Position numbers and translations under genes: made by a program
The notes under the pieces: generated by a model
Databases searched by the model: none
What the model was told of the DNA's origin: nothing
Seen by the model: the letters and a program-made list of their open reading frames with translations, nothing else
Assembly: GCA_016219285.1 (NCBI GenBank)
Contig: JACRNJ010000060.1
Location: forward strand, 1-62,652
Direction: 5' to 3'
From: Deltaproteobacteria bacterium
Lineage (GTDB): Bacteria; Desulfobacterota; GWC2-55-46; UBA9637
DNA: 62,652 nt
Shown here: piece after piece, positions 62,561 to 62,652 of the stretch
Numbering within the stretch: the stretch's first letter is position 1
Layout: every line of letters begins with the position of its first letter

Positions 62561-62652
62561 ACAAGACAGTTTTACTTATTGAAATTTTGGCGTCATGAAT
62601 GATACCCTCTTGTGAAATGACAGACAATATGCCTTTTAAATCAGGTTTTGTA

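Overview
A mostly housekeeping chromosomal window from a moderately AT-rich diderm bacterium. Gene order and protein sequences suggest an uncultured Deltaproteobacteria/Desulfobacterota-like lineage (inference). Core content: lptF/lptG; rimP-nusA-infB-rbfA-DHH-truB-rpsO-pnp-M16 peptidase; deoB; dnaE-accA-pheA-hisC-aroF-tyrA-aroA-cmk-ispH; ppc, acuC, ald, metK, ahcY, tRNA-Lys(CTT); and a cell-envelope operon (NlpC/P60, envC, ctpA, yibQ-like, pfkB, TPR, rodZ). Accessory content: (1) a GT2/YdjC/ArnT-like cassette with two methyltransferases splitting lptF from lptG; (2) a sulfur operon cysM-Mec(JAB)-MoeB-noncanonical radical SAM-DASS transporter-USP-cysC with no sulfur-carrier gene in view; (3) a small toxin-antitoxin/nuclease islet inside the aromatic amino acid operon; (4) IS630 and ISL3 remnants. 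The most striking unexplained structure is repetitive. More than 25 gene junctions carry bipartite inverted arrays of 6-8 nt (mostly 7 nt) tandem units, and several REP/MITE-like hairpin families nest inside each other. These repeats have also inserted in frame into dnaE, ppc, tyrA, infB and cmk, and encode the signal peptides of EnvC and a TPR lipoprotein. All calls come from reading the sequence; no searches were run.
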